A stretch of 64,000 bases of DNA from a virus (lineage: Duplodnaviria > Caudoviricetes). Of the stretch, positions 29,558 through 38,379 are shown piece by piece (positions within the stretch are counted from its first letter, which is position 1; every line of letters starts with the position of its first letter). The translations under genes were made by a program, and so were the position numbers. The stretch covers positions 3,523 to 67,522 of IMG/VR virus record IMGVR_UViG_3300033463_010483; one strand, written 5' to 3'. The notes beneath the pieces are model-generated. The model made no database searches. It was not told the DNA's origin and saw nothing but the letters and a program-made list of their open reading frames with translations.

Positions 29558-31138
29558 TTACCTTCTATATGGTTGCCCCGCTCTACGGAGAACTTCATCG
29601 CTGATGACCATGGGGCGCTTGACGTTCATCAATTGCCCGAAAGCACCAGATGAAGCGTCGACCTGATCCTTGAATGACCCGCCTGGGAACAGGCAGAGTT
29701 CATCGAGATAGTCGTCGTTCCAGCTACCTTCGAGGAGATAGACGTTCCCGGCCTCACATTGACTGGAGAAGGGCTCGGCCCTTGTGATCTTGTCGCCGGT
29801 TTCAGGTTCAGCCGATACTTTCCAGCCTGCCAGCATGGACACCATGTCCTGGGCTTGGACTTTGCCCGCCTGTCCTGGGTCTTGCGGAAGGCTAATCCGA
29901 ACTTCCTTGCCATCCGTTTCAGCAACGGCGCGAATAAGGGATCGAACCCGATTACCCTCTTCCTGTGTCTTTACGGTGTGACCGACGATAAAGCGTCCGT
30001 CTGGAGCGCGGCCAATCTTTACACCCGCTGTACGGGCTGCTGTGACCTTCTTTGTCGCAGCCAAATCCCAGTGACGTACCCAAACGGTGCCTTCCGGCGC
30101 CATGTTGAGTATCTTGCCCTCGAACCACTGGCGCTTGAACAGGCCGCCTTCTCGCGGTGTCGGACGCTGCTGGTATTGGCCGGCGTAGGCATAGGAGCCC
30201 ATATCCCGTTTCAGTTTTTCAACTTCGTCGCGAGGAAAGCGGACCGGATCGAGCAATTCGCCATCGTCTGACCTGGGATCAATAAAGCCGATTGGCGTCG
30301 AGCACCGTCGTTCCGGCTCAAACTCCATCGGTAGCATGACGTGGATGTATTCCATCCCGAGTTTCTTGATCACACCCGACACATCTTCGTCGTGCAACCG
30401 CTGCATGATGACAACAATTGCCGATACAGCCTGATCATTCAATCGGTTCTGCGCACCTTCACGGAAACGGCGTGTCGTGCCTGCCCTATCAACTTGGCTT
30501 TCCGCCGTTTCGGTCGAATGCGGATCGTCGATGATAAGTCGGTCGCCACGTTGTGACGTCAGAGACCCGAATGGGACGCCCTCACGCGTTCCAGTCGACG
30601 TATTCGAGAATGACATTTCGCCGGTACGATTCAGTTTAACTTCCGGCCAGAGCGACTGATACCAGTCTGACATGATCAGATCGCGGCATTTACGCGTATC
30701 GCGTTTGACCGGCGTCTCGTTGAAAGCCGTAGTCAGGTAACGCATCGACCGCAGACCGATCGACCATTCCCATGCCTGCCACATCACAGAGACGAGCAGA
30801 GACTTGGATGAACCGGGCGGGACGTTAATCAGCAGCCGGTTGGATAAACCCATGGCGAGGAATGTGCCGTGGGTAATGGCCTCCAAATGGCTACAGATTG
30901 CATCAATATGCCAGCCGTGAATATAGGGCTGTGTCGGCTCCAGCACATGCCAAGCCTCTCGCACAAACCCAGATAAGGTCTTACAGCGCGCCCGAATGCG
31001 TTCAGCGTCTTTAGATACCCGCTCCCGTTCAGCTTCGGCTTCTCTCCGCGCCCGTTCAGCCCTGATCGCTCTCATCATCGTCGCCGGATCCACTGGCAAG
31101 CGGACCGAAGAGAGCTTCGAGGCGTTCGAGGTCATCAA
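29558..31138 (-). CDS. terL: Terminase large subunit
   Basis: INVPPGSSKS Walker A, IIDDPH Walker B, QQRP, WDLAAT, DQVDA nuclease motifs; exact start uncertain. Confidence 0.92.
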   Translation of the reverse strand: MMTSNASKLSSVRLPVDPATMMRAIRAERARREAEAERERVSKDAERIRARCKTLSGFVREAWHVLEPTQPYIHGWHIDAICSHLEAITHGTFLAMGLSNRLLINVPPGSSKSLLVSVMWQAWEWSIGLRSMRYLTTAFNETPVKRDTRKCRDLIMSDWYQSLWPEVKLNRTGEMSFSNTSTGTREGVPFGSLTSQRGDRLIIDDPHSTETAESQVDRAGTTRRFREGAQNRLNDQAVSAIVVIMQRLHDEDVSGVIKKLGMEYIHVMLPMEFEPERRCSTPIGFIDPRSDDGELLDPVRFPRDEVEKLKRDMGSYAYAGQYQQRPTPREGGLFKRQWFEGKILNMAPEGTVWVRHWDLAATKKVTAARTAGVKIGRAPDGRFIVGHTVKTQEEGNRVRSLIRAVAETDGKEVRISLPQDPGQAGKVQAQDMVSMLAGWKVSAEPETGDKITRAEPFSSQCEAGNVYLLEGSWNDDYLDELCLFPGGSFKDQVDASSGAFGQLMNVKRPMVISDEVLRRAGQPYRR

Positions 31139-31415
31139 TACTCACATTTGTAAGGTCGACCGTCTGGATGGGACCACCCTTTGGGCCAGAATGCTGAATC
31201 GCTGCAAGCTTAGGATGCATATATGGTGCCGCATCTTTTGCCAACGCCGCTGCTTGGTCCCACTCTTCGGCATCGACATGCACGTTCATAGCCTTCAGGA
31301 TGACTTCCAGCGGCGTCAAACCGTGAGCGGTAGCTTGGTCAGCAATTGCGCGAGTTCGCTTTGTAGCGGCCCCTGCTTTACGCCCAGCGCCTATTCTCCT
31401 GCCACCACGCGCCAC
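31056..31415 (-). CDS. Probable terminase small subunit
   Basis: RGGRRIGAGRK..., APYMHPKL; directly upstream of terL. Confidence 0.7.
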   Translation of the reverse strand: MARGGRRIGAGRKAGAATKRTRAIADQATAHGLTPLEVILKAMNVHVDAEEWDQAAALAKDAAPYMHPKLAAIQHSGPKGGPIQTVDLTNVSIDDLERLEALFGPLASGSGDDDESDQG

Positions 31416-31421
31416 GTTTGA

Positions 31422-32048
31422 TTACCTTTGATTGATTTCAAAAACAGACGCGCCAAATTTTTCCGCGATTGTCGCAATGATAGACGCCCGCGTTTCCTGC
31501 ATCTCGTCTAGCAATTTATCATAGAAAGCTTCACCGCATAGTTCTGGTGGCAAGTCCTTACGTTTCGCTGCATAAGACAGCCACTCTGCCTTGGGTCGCA
31601 CGGTCCGAATAAGGTCATCCAGTCGCTGCAGTGAAATTAAATCGGCATTTCGGATGCCAGATCCACTGTTGAGCAAATGGCTTTTCCCAATTGATCGGAT
31701 TAGTTTGCGTTCCAATTCATATGCTTGATGCTCATTCAATCCGATGAAAATAGTATAAGCCTGCGGTACTACTCCTGCCTGCATCAACTTGGATAGTCCC
31801 TGGTATTTCTTTAAACCGCTGATCCTTCCAGCCCTCACGTCTCTGACGTGCTGGAACATGCGATTGTTCTTGCCTTTTCCGACATAAACAATCTCATCGG
31901 TATCGGGACGCACTAAGATGTAAACGTAGTAGCCGCTCGATGGGGGCACTGGCATCAGTTGAATATCAGCATCATGAGCGGCGAACCATGCATTACCCAA
32001 TTCGGTGTATGCGCGGGCGAACGCCTCTTGCTTTCCGGTTAGTGACAC
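31422..32048 (-). CDS. GIY-YIG endonuclease with TerS-like N-terminal 20 aa
   Basis: GYYVYIL...YVGKG..NRM..H motif; N-terminus MSLTGKQEAFARAYTELGNA. Confidence 0.82.
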   Translation of the reverse strand: MSLTGKQEAFARAYTELGNAWFAAHDADIQLMPVPPSSGYYVYILVRPDTDEIVYVGKGKNNRMFQHVRDVRAGRISGLKKYQGLSKLMQAGVVPQAYTIFIGLNEHQAYELERKLIRSIGKSHLLNSGSGIRNADLISLQRLDDLIRTVRPKAEWLSYAAKRKDLPPELCGEAFYDKLLDEMQETRASIIATIAEKFGASVFEINQR

Positions 32049-32057
32049 TGCGATATC

Positions 32058-32318
32058 CTACTTCTGCCTTGACTGTGGCGGCGGAGCGCATGGATTGTGC
32101 ACCTGTGGTACATCACCGGCATTGTCGCGATATTCCCAAACAAATTGGAGATACTCACTTTGGCCATATCTGACCCACCTCCAATCTCCGCGGCGCACAA
32201 CATATTCTAGCCAACAGATGGTATTGTCATCTGTACGCACGGGATACCAGGCGAACCACTCATGCCATCCAGCACGTCGCAAATCGCGACCTACGAGGCT
32301 CTCAGAGGAGAATTTCAT
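32058..32318 (-). CDS. Phage hypothetical protein
   Basis: Trp-rich 86 aa (WHEWFAWYPV); ATGA-coupled. Confidence 0.6.
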   Translation of the reverse strand: MKFSSESLVGRDLRRAGWHEWFAWYPVRTDDNTICWLEYVVRRGDWRWVRYGQSEYLQFVWEYRDNAGDVPQVHNPCAPPPQSRQK

Positions 32319-32728
32319 ATACTGAATGCCCTCTCACCAACCGGGTTAGCCTGTTCGGTTGACGCCGGCTGATCAATTACAGGATCAATCCGTGCGTTGA
32401 GCGCAGCAAAGTCGGCATCGGACATGTGTGTTGCGTCGATCACAACGCTAATCTTTATCGGTTGTGCGGCGTTCACGGCCTCGTCAATCGCAGAGACAAC
32501 TGGAGCTGCGACCCTTACTTCTGCCCACTGATATTCATCAGGTCTGCTTTCGACATCAATGGCAGGCGCGACAACATTAACGGTCGCTATCTCTTTCGCA
32601 TGTGCGATCTCGGTATTCAGCACCTGGTCGAACTTTTCGACAATGGCCTTAAACTGGGCGACGCTCATTGTTTCCCGGAGCATCAGCTCCACGCCATCGA
32701 GATAACAATCGAACTGTTCGCGGTTCAT
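32315..32728 (-). CDS. Phage hypothetical protein
   Basis: 137 aa; AAGGA RBS. Confidence 0.6.
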   Translation of the reverse strand: MNREQFDCYLDGVELMLRETMSVAQFKAIVEKFDQVLNTEIAHAKEIATVNVVAPAIDVESRPDEYQWAEVRVAAPVVSAIDEAVNAAQPIKISVVIDATHMSDADFAALNARIDPVIDQPASTEQANPVGERAFSI

Positions 32729-32731
32729 GTT

Positions 32732-32938
32732 TTATCCTTGATTGAGCGGATGACGTACAAAGCCAATGGGCGCACGATCTTCCATCCGGTACAATTTCAC
32801 GCCATCTGCATTCAGTAGGCCCGTATCGACCGGAGCGTTTTCCTGCTCAACGATTGTGCGGGGGATAAAATCTTGTGCTCGTGCTTCCCACTCATCATTC
32901 GCATTAGGAACCGGCTTGCCGATGGCGATGTATTTCAT
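32732..32938 (-). CDS. Phage hypothetical protein
   Basis: 68 aa; operon context. Confidence 0.6.
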   Translation of the reverse strand: MKYIAIGKPVPNANDEWEARAQDFIPRTIVEQENAPVDTGLLNADGVKLYRMEDRAPIGFVRHPLNQG

Positions 32939-32950
32939 CTTTGGCCCTTA

Positions 32951-32994
32951 TTGCATTTTCGTAAGCGAACAATTATTATTGTAAGCGAACAATT
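32951..32994 (+). promoter_or_regulatory. Sigma70-like promoter with two overlapping 14-bp repeats (candidate operator)
   Basis: TTGCAT-17-TATTAT; GTAAGCGAACAATT at 32961-32974 and 32981-32994. Confidence 0.65.
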
Positions 32995-33007
32995 CGAAAG
33001 GTCTGTT

Positions 33008-33484
33008 ATGGCAATTGCATTTAAGAATGCGACAATTCCACCGATTGCGACGGCAGAGACGACTGATCAACCCGTTGAAGCCTCAGTCAGCAATGTGAAG
33101 CGCGGCAGGGGCAGACCACATTCCGGGAAGTCACCCGTCACCATTCGCCTCGATGCGGATGTGATTGCGAAATTCAAAGAAGGCGGCGAAGGCTGGCAGG
33201 CCAAGCTGAATGGGGCGCTGCGAGAAGCCATCACTCCAAATGGAGGACTAGAACAGCAGGCCATAGAAGCGCGACGCATCTTCAAAACAATTCAGGCCGC
33301 ATTGCCTGACGATTGTAAGGCATCTCATGTGAGCCCCTATGGACTAGGCGCCCCGATATACCGTGTGGAGATACCCCGTGATCTTGAGACAGAGCAGAAA
33401 TTGAAGGCTGAGCGCGCTTTAGCTGATATCAAAGAGACAAATGCATTCTTTATTGACTGGGTAGTCGTACCTAGAAAACCCTAG
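33008..33484 (+). CDS. BrnA-antitoxin-like RHH protein with C-terminal extension, no adjacent toxin
   Basis: RGRP..GK.PVTIRLDADVIAKFK..G.GWQAKLNGALR; start reassigned to 33008. Confidence 0.78.
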   Translation: MAIAFKNATIPPIATAETTDQPVEASVSNVKRGRGRPHSGKSPVTIRLDADVIAKFKEGGEGWQAKLNGALREAITPNGGLEQQAIEARRIFKTIQAALPDDCKASHVSPYGLGAPIYRVEIPRDLETEQKLKAERALADIKETNAFFIDWVVVPRKP

Positions 33485-33879
33485 ACCTTCTTGGCCAGCG
33501 CTACGATTTCATCCCAGATCGGAATGTCGTGGCCATAGAAATCGAGGAGCTTCTTGACCTCGAATAGTTTGGCATCAACCTCAGCTTCGATCTGTGCCAC
33601 AGCGCTGGCCACTTCAGCTTTTGCCTCATCAAGTGCCGACTGAACGGCGGAAGTATCTACGGCAAGCGTAATTGTGGTCGGGGCAACCGATGCTGATGCA
33701 GGCGCATCTGGGGCTGGATCAGCCACAACCGACACGACAGGCGCCGGCACAACTTCTGCAGCCGGAATGCTTGAATTCGAAACGTTATCCATTTCGGCTT
33801 TTCCTTTTGAGAACAGGCTTTTCAGCCATGTCCATAGCTTGGTGAACATTGGGATGCCTTCAGGTTTCAACAGGTCCAC
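33481..33879 (-). CDS. Ala/Val/Pro-rich hypothetical protein
   Basis: ORF track; start uncertain. Confidence 0.6.
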   Translation of the reverse strand: MDLLKPEGIPMFTKLWTWLKSLFSKGKAEMDNVSNSSIPAAEVVPAPVVSVVADPAPDAPASASVAPTTITLAVDTSAVQSALDEAKAEVASAVAQIEAEVDAKLFEVKKLLDFYGHDIPIWDEIVALAKKV

Positions 33880-34127
33880 GTGGCTGGAGCAACAAACGGC
33901 GAATCCTTACTGGTATTGGGTCCGAACCAAACTCTATCAAATGGCGGATATCTGTTCGGCTCATTGATCGGTAGCGGCTTGGGCTTGTATTCAATTGCAA
34001 CGGCAACGTTCGCCAGCTTTTCCTTGATGACGACATATTGCTTGGCGCTTGGAACGCCGTCCACGAAAGAGGCCTCATAGCCTTCCAGAAAGGCCTTGAA
34101 TTCATTTAGCGTCATGGTGCTATCCAA
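33867..34127 (-). CDS. Phage hypothetical protein
   Basis: MTLNEFKAFLEG...; operon context. Confidence 0.6.
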   Translation of the reverse strand: MDSTMTLNEFKAFLEGYEASFVDGVPSAKQYVVIKEKLANVAVAIEYKPKPLPINEPNRYPPFDRVWFGPNTSKDSPFVAPATWTC

Positions 34128-34168
34128 AATGGTTGTGATAGGGTTCCAGCAGATACTGGAGGTAAGCG

Positions 34169-34393
34169 ATGCCCGGACGAAAGAAAGAACCCAACCGCTT
34201 AATGCAGTCAGATATCGTCAAATTCAGCGACGATCCCCTGTTGGGGGCGCTCGTCCTTCAAACCGCGAACGGCACTATTGATATGGCAATCAATCGGCTG
34301 GGAGCGGCTGAATTGCGCGACGAGCTAAACCTTTTCTTGGATGGAAAAAGTCTGACACTCGCTGAACTGGAGCTAAAGAACCAATCATCCTAA
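34169..34393 (+). CDS. Hypothetical protein on the opposite strand
   Basis: 74 aa with GGAGG RBS upstream. Confidence 0.6.
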   Translation: MPGRKKEPNRLMQSDIVKFSDDPLLGALVLQTANGTIDMAINRLGAAELRDELNLFLDGKSLTLAELELKNQSS

Positions 34394-34413
34394 GTGGCCA
34401 AGCGATTTGCTCA

Positions 34414-34725
34414 TCACTCAGCCCCCACATGCATGACCAATCCTTTGAACTGATCATAGAAGTCAGCGCCCTCACTTGGGCAGCAGGATAGATACAACTT
34501 CATTCCGTCGATCTGCCATGCGAACATAAGCCGATCCGGGCCCGATGCTGTGATGTGCGGTACTGGAAACCGCAGCAGTTCGAACATATCAACTATCCGA
34601 AGCGCGGCGTCTCTAACGTCTGGCTCGATGTACCCGTCTTCATCACTCGGCTGATCAGCGGACCATTCAATGGCCTCCCTCACCTGGATGTATGCGCCAG
34701 ATGAAGTTGCCCGAACCAATTCCAT
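34414..34725 (-). CDS. Hypothetical protein
   Basis: 103-aa ORF in operon orientation. Confidence 0.55.
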   Translation of the reverse strand: MELVRATSSGAYIQVREAIEWSADQPSDEDGYIEPDVRDAALRIVDMFELLRFPVPHITASGPDRLMFAWQIDGMKLYLSCCPSEGADFYDQFKGLVMHVGAE

Positions 34726-34740
34726 TTAATGAATGCCCGC

Positions 34741-34965
34741 TTAGCGTCCGTTGCCGCCAACGACATCAATTCCGATAAGATCATAGACGCCTTTGACAAC
34801 GTCATCCTTGGTCAGCTTGGCATACTGCATGTGAATGTCGGCGATCAGATCCAGCATGTCATCTTCACATGTCAGGCGAGCGTATTCGCTACAAGCCTTC
34901 ACAACCGCGTCGTGGGCATGATCAACGGACCTGTCGAGATAGTCCTTACTTGACGACATGTTCAA
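34741..34965 (-). CDS. Hypothetical protein
   Basis: 74 aa, overlapping the upstream stop. Confidence 0.55.
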   Translation of the reverse strand: MNMSSSKDYLDRSVDHAHDAVVKACSEYARLTCEDDMLDLIADIHMQYAKLTKDDVVKGVYDLIGIDVVGGNGR

Positions 34966-35165
34966 TCGTCCCTTGCAAGTTCGGCCATGACCTTGGGGTA
35001 TCTGGCTATAACTGCTTTTGTGAATTCGGTATAAAATGCGGGATCTCCGTGATTTTCTGGACCACGATATTCGAGAATGGCGGACTTCTGCTCTTCAGTT
35101 AATCCCGACCAAAATCCCTTCATGATGACTTCTCTTTCAAGTGAAAAGTACCAATCCTGCGACAT
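34962..35165 (-). CDS. Hypothetical protein
   Basis: 67 aa, first ORF after the tRNA. Confidence 0.55.
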   Translation of the reverse strand: MSQDWYFSLEREVIMKGFWSGLTEEQKSAILEYRGPENHGDPAFYTEFTKAVIARYPKVMAELARDD

Positions 35166-35373
35166 GAATTAATCCCCACTGAATGGAGAGGATGGATTGA
35201 AGGTTTGCTGGCGGCTTTTAGGGACCGCGACCTACTGCCCGGCTTCGACGTGCCTCTGGGATTCAGTATGACTACCAGCAAATAATATTCTGGTGGACGA
35301 GATTCCCCATCCCTTAGCCACGAGGCTATCCGAATTAAGAGGGAACACTGAGAACCCCTCAACGGACCAGAAT

Positions 35374-35445
35374 TGGAGCGGATGACCGGAATCGAACCGA
35401 TCTTCACAGCTTGGAAGGCTGTTGCATCTCCTTGATGACACCCGC
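35374..35445 (-). tRNA. Phage tRNA-Gly(TCC), CCA encoded, short D-arm
   Basis: GCGGGTG/CATCCGC acceptor stem, ACAGC-CTTCCAA-GCTGT anticodon arm, ATCGG-TTCGATT-CCGGT T-arm, 3' TCCA; 72 nt. Confidence 0.9.
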
Positions 35446-35477
35446 GAAATTGATTGGGGCTGGTATTCGTCAGGTCT

Positions 35478-35684
35478 TCAGGCTTGGCTACTGGCCAGTT
35501 TCGCATCCCCAAGGCATCTAGGCGTCTTCACTCTTTTGAGCACTTCCACTCTGCCACTACGGTTGCGAGAATCTAACACGCGGCCTCGGTCGCAACACTG
35601 TACCGCCGCGTGGATATTAGGACGGAACGGCCGTGCACAGCCTCTACAGCATCCAGGTTCCCAAGGTTTACCTGACCTCGCCAT
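35478..35684 (-). CDS. Possible small Cys-rich (zinc-finger-like) protein
   Basis: CRGC-x12-CC pattern; coding status uncertain because the region is also hairpin-rich. Confidence 0.3.
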   Translation of the reverse strand: MARSGKPWEPGCCRGCARPFRPNIHAAVQCCDRGRVLDSRNRSGRVEVLKRVKTPRCLGDAKLASSQA

Positions 35685-36082
35685 AGTAGCGAACCATGGC
35701 CGTATATCTATGCTGCCGTCCTAATAAGTAACCCGACTGGGTGCGCTTCTACGAGAGGCGTGTCGGGTCTTGTTTTGAATTGGATGGGCTGCCTTCGCCG
35801 ATATTTAGGCTACGTGGGGCTTCCATGCCCTCGGAACCTCGGCAGCGCAGTTGTCCTCACCTCTTGCGAGCCATCCAAATTGAAATCTTACCCTAGTCGG
35901 CCCTATTGGGAGCGTTCCTCACGAGGATTTCCAAACGCAATTAACCAACTGATTGTAGACCAAGCCATACGAATGTTTCAGCCTTCGCGTTCCATCGGGC
36001 TTCGCTTGGTATTGAATAGCCAATGACCCCGCTTTTGTGATCAACAACATCGTTTCCGCGAGGCCATCAGTGGCTGTCTGTA

Positions 36083-36820
36083 TTACGCTGCACATTGCCT
36101 GAGCTTTTCCTCACGCTGACGGCGCTGTTCCTTGCGGCCCTCATAATACGAGAAGTCCTGCAGCTTTTCATCAAAAGCGAGAGGCTTTGCATCTTCAGCC
36201 ATCCAGTGTGTCGGCTGCTTTGCTTCGTAGTCATGATCCGCGATTGTATCTGCAATATGCCCGATTTCAGTGTCAGGTTGCAAGGTGCCCAAAGTGGCAT
36301 TATCGTTATGCTGCAATGGCTTACACCGTAAAGCGAATGAAATTTCGAGCAAAGCGCGCTTTTTGCAGTCTATTCCGTACACCCGATGCACATGTTCGAC
36401 ATCACGACACCACTTTGAAAATGACCGGCCCCCGGCCTTTGAAGATGCCCACGCCCAAAGACAACGGCGATCCCGCTCACGTTTAACCATCTTGATCAGG
36501 TCCATGCAACGCTCCCATTGAGTGACGTCCTGCGGCTTGAGCTTGTCGGTTTTACCGTCCCAGAAATCACGGCTATCCTGGTCGAGGCGCCCTTGATCCC
36601 CCATCTCCAATTGATCTCCAGCTTCGCGCTTGCGACGGATCATTGTGCTTAGCGGATCATCCTTGCGGTGCGGTGCAGGCCAACTGTTCATATCAGCCTG
36701 ATCATGCACAAAAGCCAGTGATTGCGATCTCAGTTTTGCGGGACGTTCACCTGCCGGTGGCATCTTCCGCTCGATCTCGGCCGCAACAATGAAAAGTTCT
36801 GCGATTTCTGCGTCAGTCAT
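36083..36820 (-). CDS. Putative late-gene regulator (Q-position protein)
   Basis: Last gene of the delayed-early operon before a long non-coding leader; start 36820 with GAGG RBS; function inferred from position. Confidence 0.55.
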   Translation of the reverse strand: MTDAEIAELFIVAAEIERKMPPAGERPAKLRSQSLAFVHDQADMNSWPAPHRKDDPLSTMIRRKREAGDQLEMGDQGRLDQDSRDFWDGKTDKLKPQDVTQWERCMDLIKMVKRERDRRCLWAWASSKAGGRSFSKWCRDVEHVHRVYGIDCKKRALLEISFALRCKPLQHNDNATLGTLQPDTEIGHIADTIADHDYEAKQPTHWMAEDAKPLAFDEKLQDFSYYEGRKEQRRQREEKLRQCAA

Positions 36821-36821
36821 T

Positions 36822-37274
36822 TTAACCTCGCCTATCATCTAACAAGTCAGGTTGCTGTGAAAGTGGTCCGAATTTCCGTTTCAATCTCTCATACATCATT
36901 CCGGCAAGGGCATGGCGCTTGGACACAACACCCTCCAAATCGAGACACCAGAACTGCAAGACACCAAGAGGCATTGAATCAAAGAATGAGTACCAAGCCT
37001 CAACGTTGTTGTTGATGATCTCGGGAAAGTTCTTCTCAGCAGCAGTCACCAGATCGTTCACTGCCCACATAACCGTCTCATCAAGGCACACGCGGTTGTT
37101 TGCAGTATCTGCCAGCGTTCCAAGAACAAAACGCGCCCTTGCCTCTCCATGGCGTCTTATGATGCGTTCTATGGTATTCGGTGCGCGCGTCTGCCCTCCT
37201 TTAGGAGCAACATTCGCCGGCACAACCGTGATGTTGAATTCCTGACAGATCTCAATAGCGCGCACAGTATTCAT
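36822..37274 (-). CDS. Conserved phage hypothetical protein
   Basis: 150 aa; ATGA-coupled. Confidence 0.65.
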   Translation of the reverse strand: MNTVRAIEICQEFNITVVPANVAPKGGQTRAPNTIERIIRRHGEARARFVLGTLADTANNRVCLDETVMWAVNDLVTAAEKNFPEIINNNVEAWYSFFDSMPLGVLQFWCLDLEGVVSKRHALAGMMYERLKRKFGPLSQQPDLLDDRRG

Positions 37275-37630
37275 TCAGTACGCGCCCCATTGGTTGCCGA
37301 CCTATGAAGGAACGCGGCTAACTCAAGGGCTTTCTCTTTCGTGAGAATAATATCGGCTTCTACAAGCCTCTCTCGGCCAAACACGTATTTTACGGCTACG
37401 CTGAGCCGAGTGAGAAAACTAGGGTTTTGACCACCAACGAATGATGCGGTGATCTCATCACCCCATTTATCGTCCGGCCAGAAATCGAAATCGATGAAAT
37501 GCAACGGGTGGTGGCATTCACACCGGACATGAAGATATCTTTCACTCACTATGGATATCCTTCCATTGCGGGAGTTGGCTTTGCAGATTTGATTTGTGAG
37601 GCTCGGGACATACCCACCAGCCAATTGCAC
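37271..37630 (-). CDS. Phage hypothetical protein
   Basis: 119 aa; CECHHP motif. Confidence 0.55.
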   Translation of the reverse strand: MQLAGGYVPSLTNQICKANSRNGRISIVSERYLHVRCECHHPLHFIDFDFWPDDKWGDEITASFVGGQNPSFLTRLSVAVKYVFGRERLVEADIILTKEKALELAAFLHRSATNGARTE

Positions 37631-37666
37631 TGATGATCTTGAATAGGCGCCAGCGAAGAGTGTCCA

Positions 37667-38152
37667 TCATCCTGCATCCTTATCTGGCACACCCGTAGGT
37701 GGCAGTTGATAGAAAATGAAATCTCCATCGTCACCGACGCCCGCAACCTTGGCTTTACCGGGTTTTGCACCCTTCTTCGGTGTTCCCGATACGGGAATGC
37801 CCCGGCCCTTGGCGGCCTGCGCTTGAGCGAACTGTTTTTTGTTCTGCTCGTAATTATCGGTGATGGCGTAGAGCCTTGGCACAGACGCACCAGGCTCAAC
37901 GATCAGCGCATAGACCGTGTGAATCTTGTCATCCGCATAGGCAAATACCAGTCTGAAATCTGCAGGGATGCGGGCGGCAATCGAGTAGCCCAGCAGTGAT
38001 CCGCCATACTGATAGACTGCAAATGGCCACGCAAATGCGAGCGGAATAAACACGGCCAGATAGAGGCGGTAGCGTGGATCGACCCGCAGGACCAATAGCC
38101 ACAGCGCGAGCGATGACGTGAGAACACCGGAGAGGATGGTGAGGGTAATCAT
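37667..38152 (-). CDS. Two-TM membrane protein, last gene of the ExbB/MotA-like cluster
   Basis: Hydrophobic residues about 2-24 and 29-50, then a soluble domain; ATGA-coupled. Confidence 0.72.
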   Translation of the reverse strand: MITLTILSGVLTSSLALWLLVLRVDPRYRLYLAVFIPLAFAWPFAVYQYGGSLLGYSIAARIPADFRLVFAYADDKIHTVYALIVEPGASVPRLYAITDNYEQNKKQFAQAQAAKGRGIPVSGTPKKGAKPGKAKVAGVGDDGDFIFYQLPPTGVPDKDAG

Positions 38153-38379
38153 GGTTCAACTTCCCTCCCATCGAAGTGGCGCTCTATCCATTCAAGCTCT
38201 ATCGGTCGCCACACCTGCCACCAATGGACGCGGCGCTTTCTGGGCTTCCAGTTCCCATCCTTGTAGGCTTCCTCGTAGAGCGAGATCAGGGACGGCCCTA
38301 AATCAGGGCTCAGGACTTCTCGTTCGTAGTACTTTCCCCGGAAGGTACGATCCACTTTAGTGATGGTAAGCTGCATCAT
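38149..38379 (-). CDS. Soluble hypothetical protein inside the membrane cluster
   Basis: 76 aa, ATGA overlaps at both ends. Confidence 0.6.
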   Translation of the reverse strand: MMQLTITKVDRTFRGKYYEREVLSPDLGPSLISLYEEAYKDGNWKPRKRRVHWWQVWRPIELEWIERHFDGREVEP

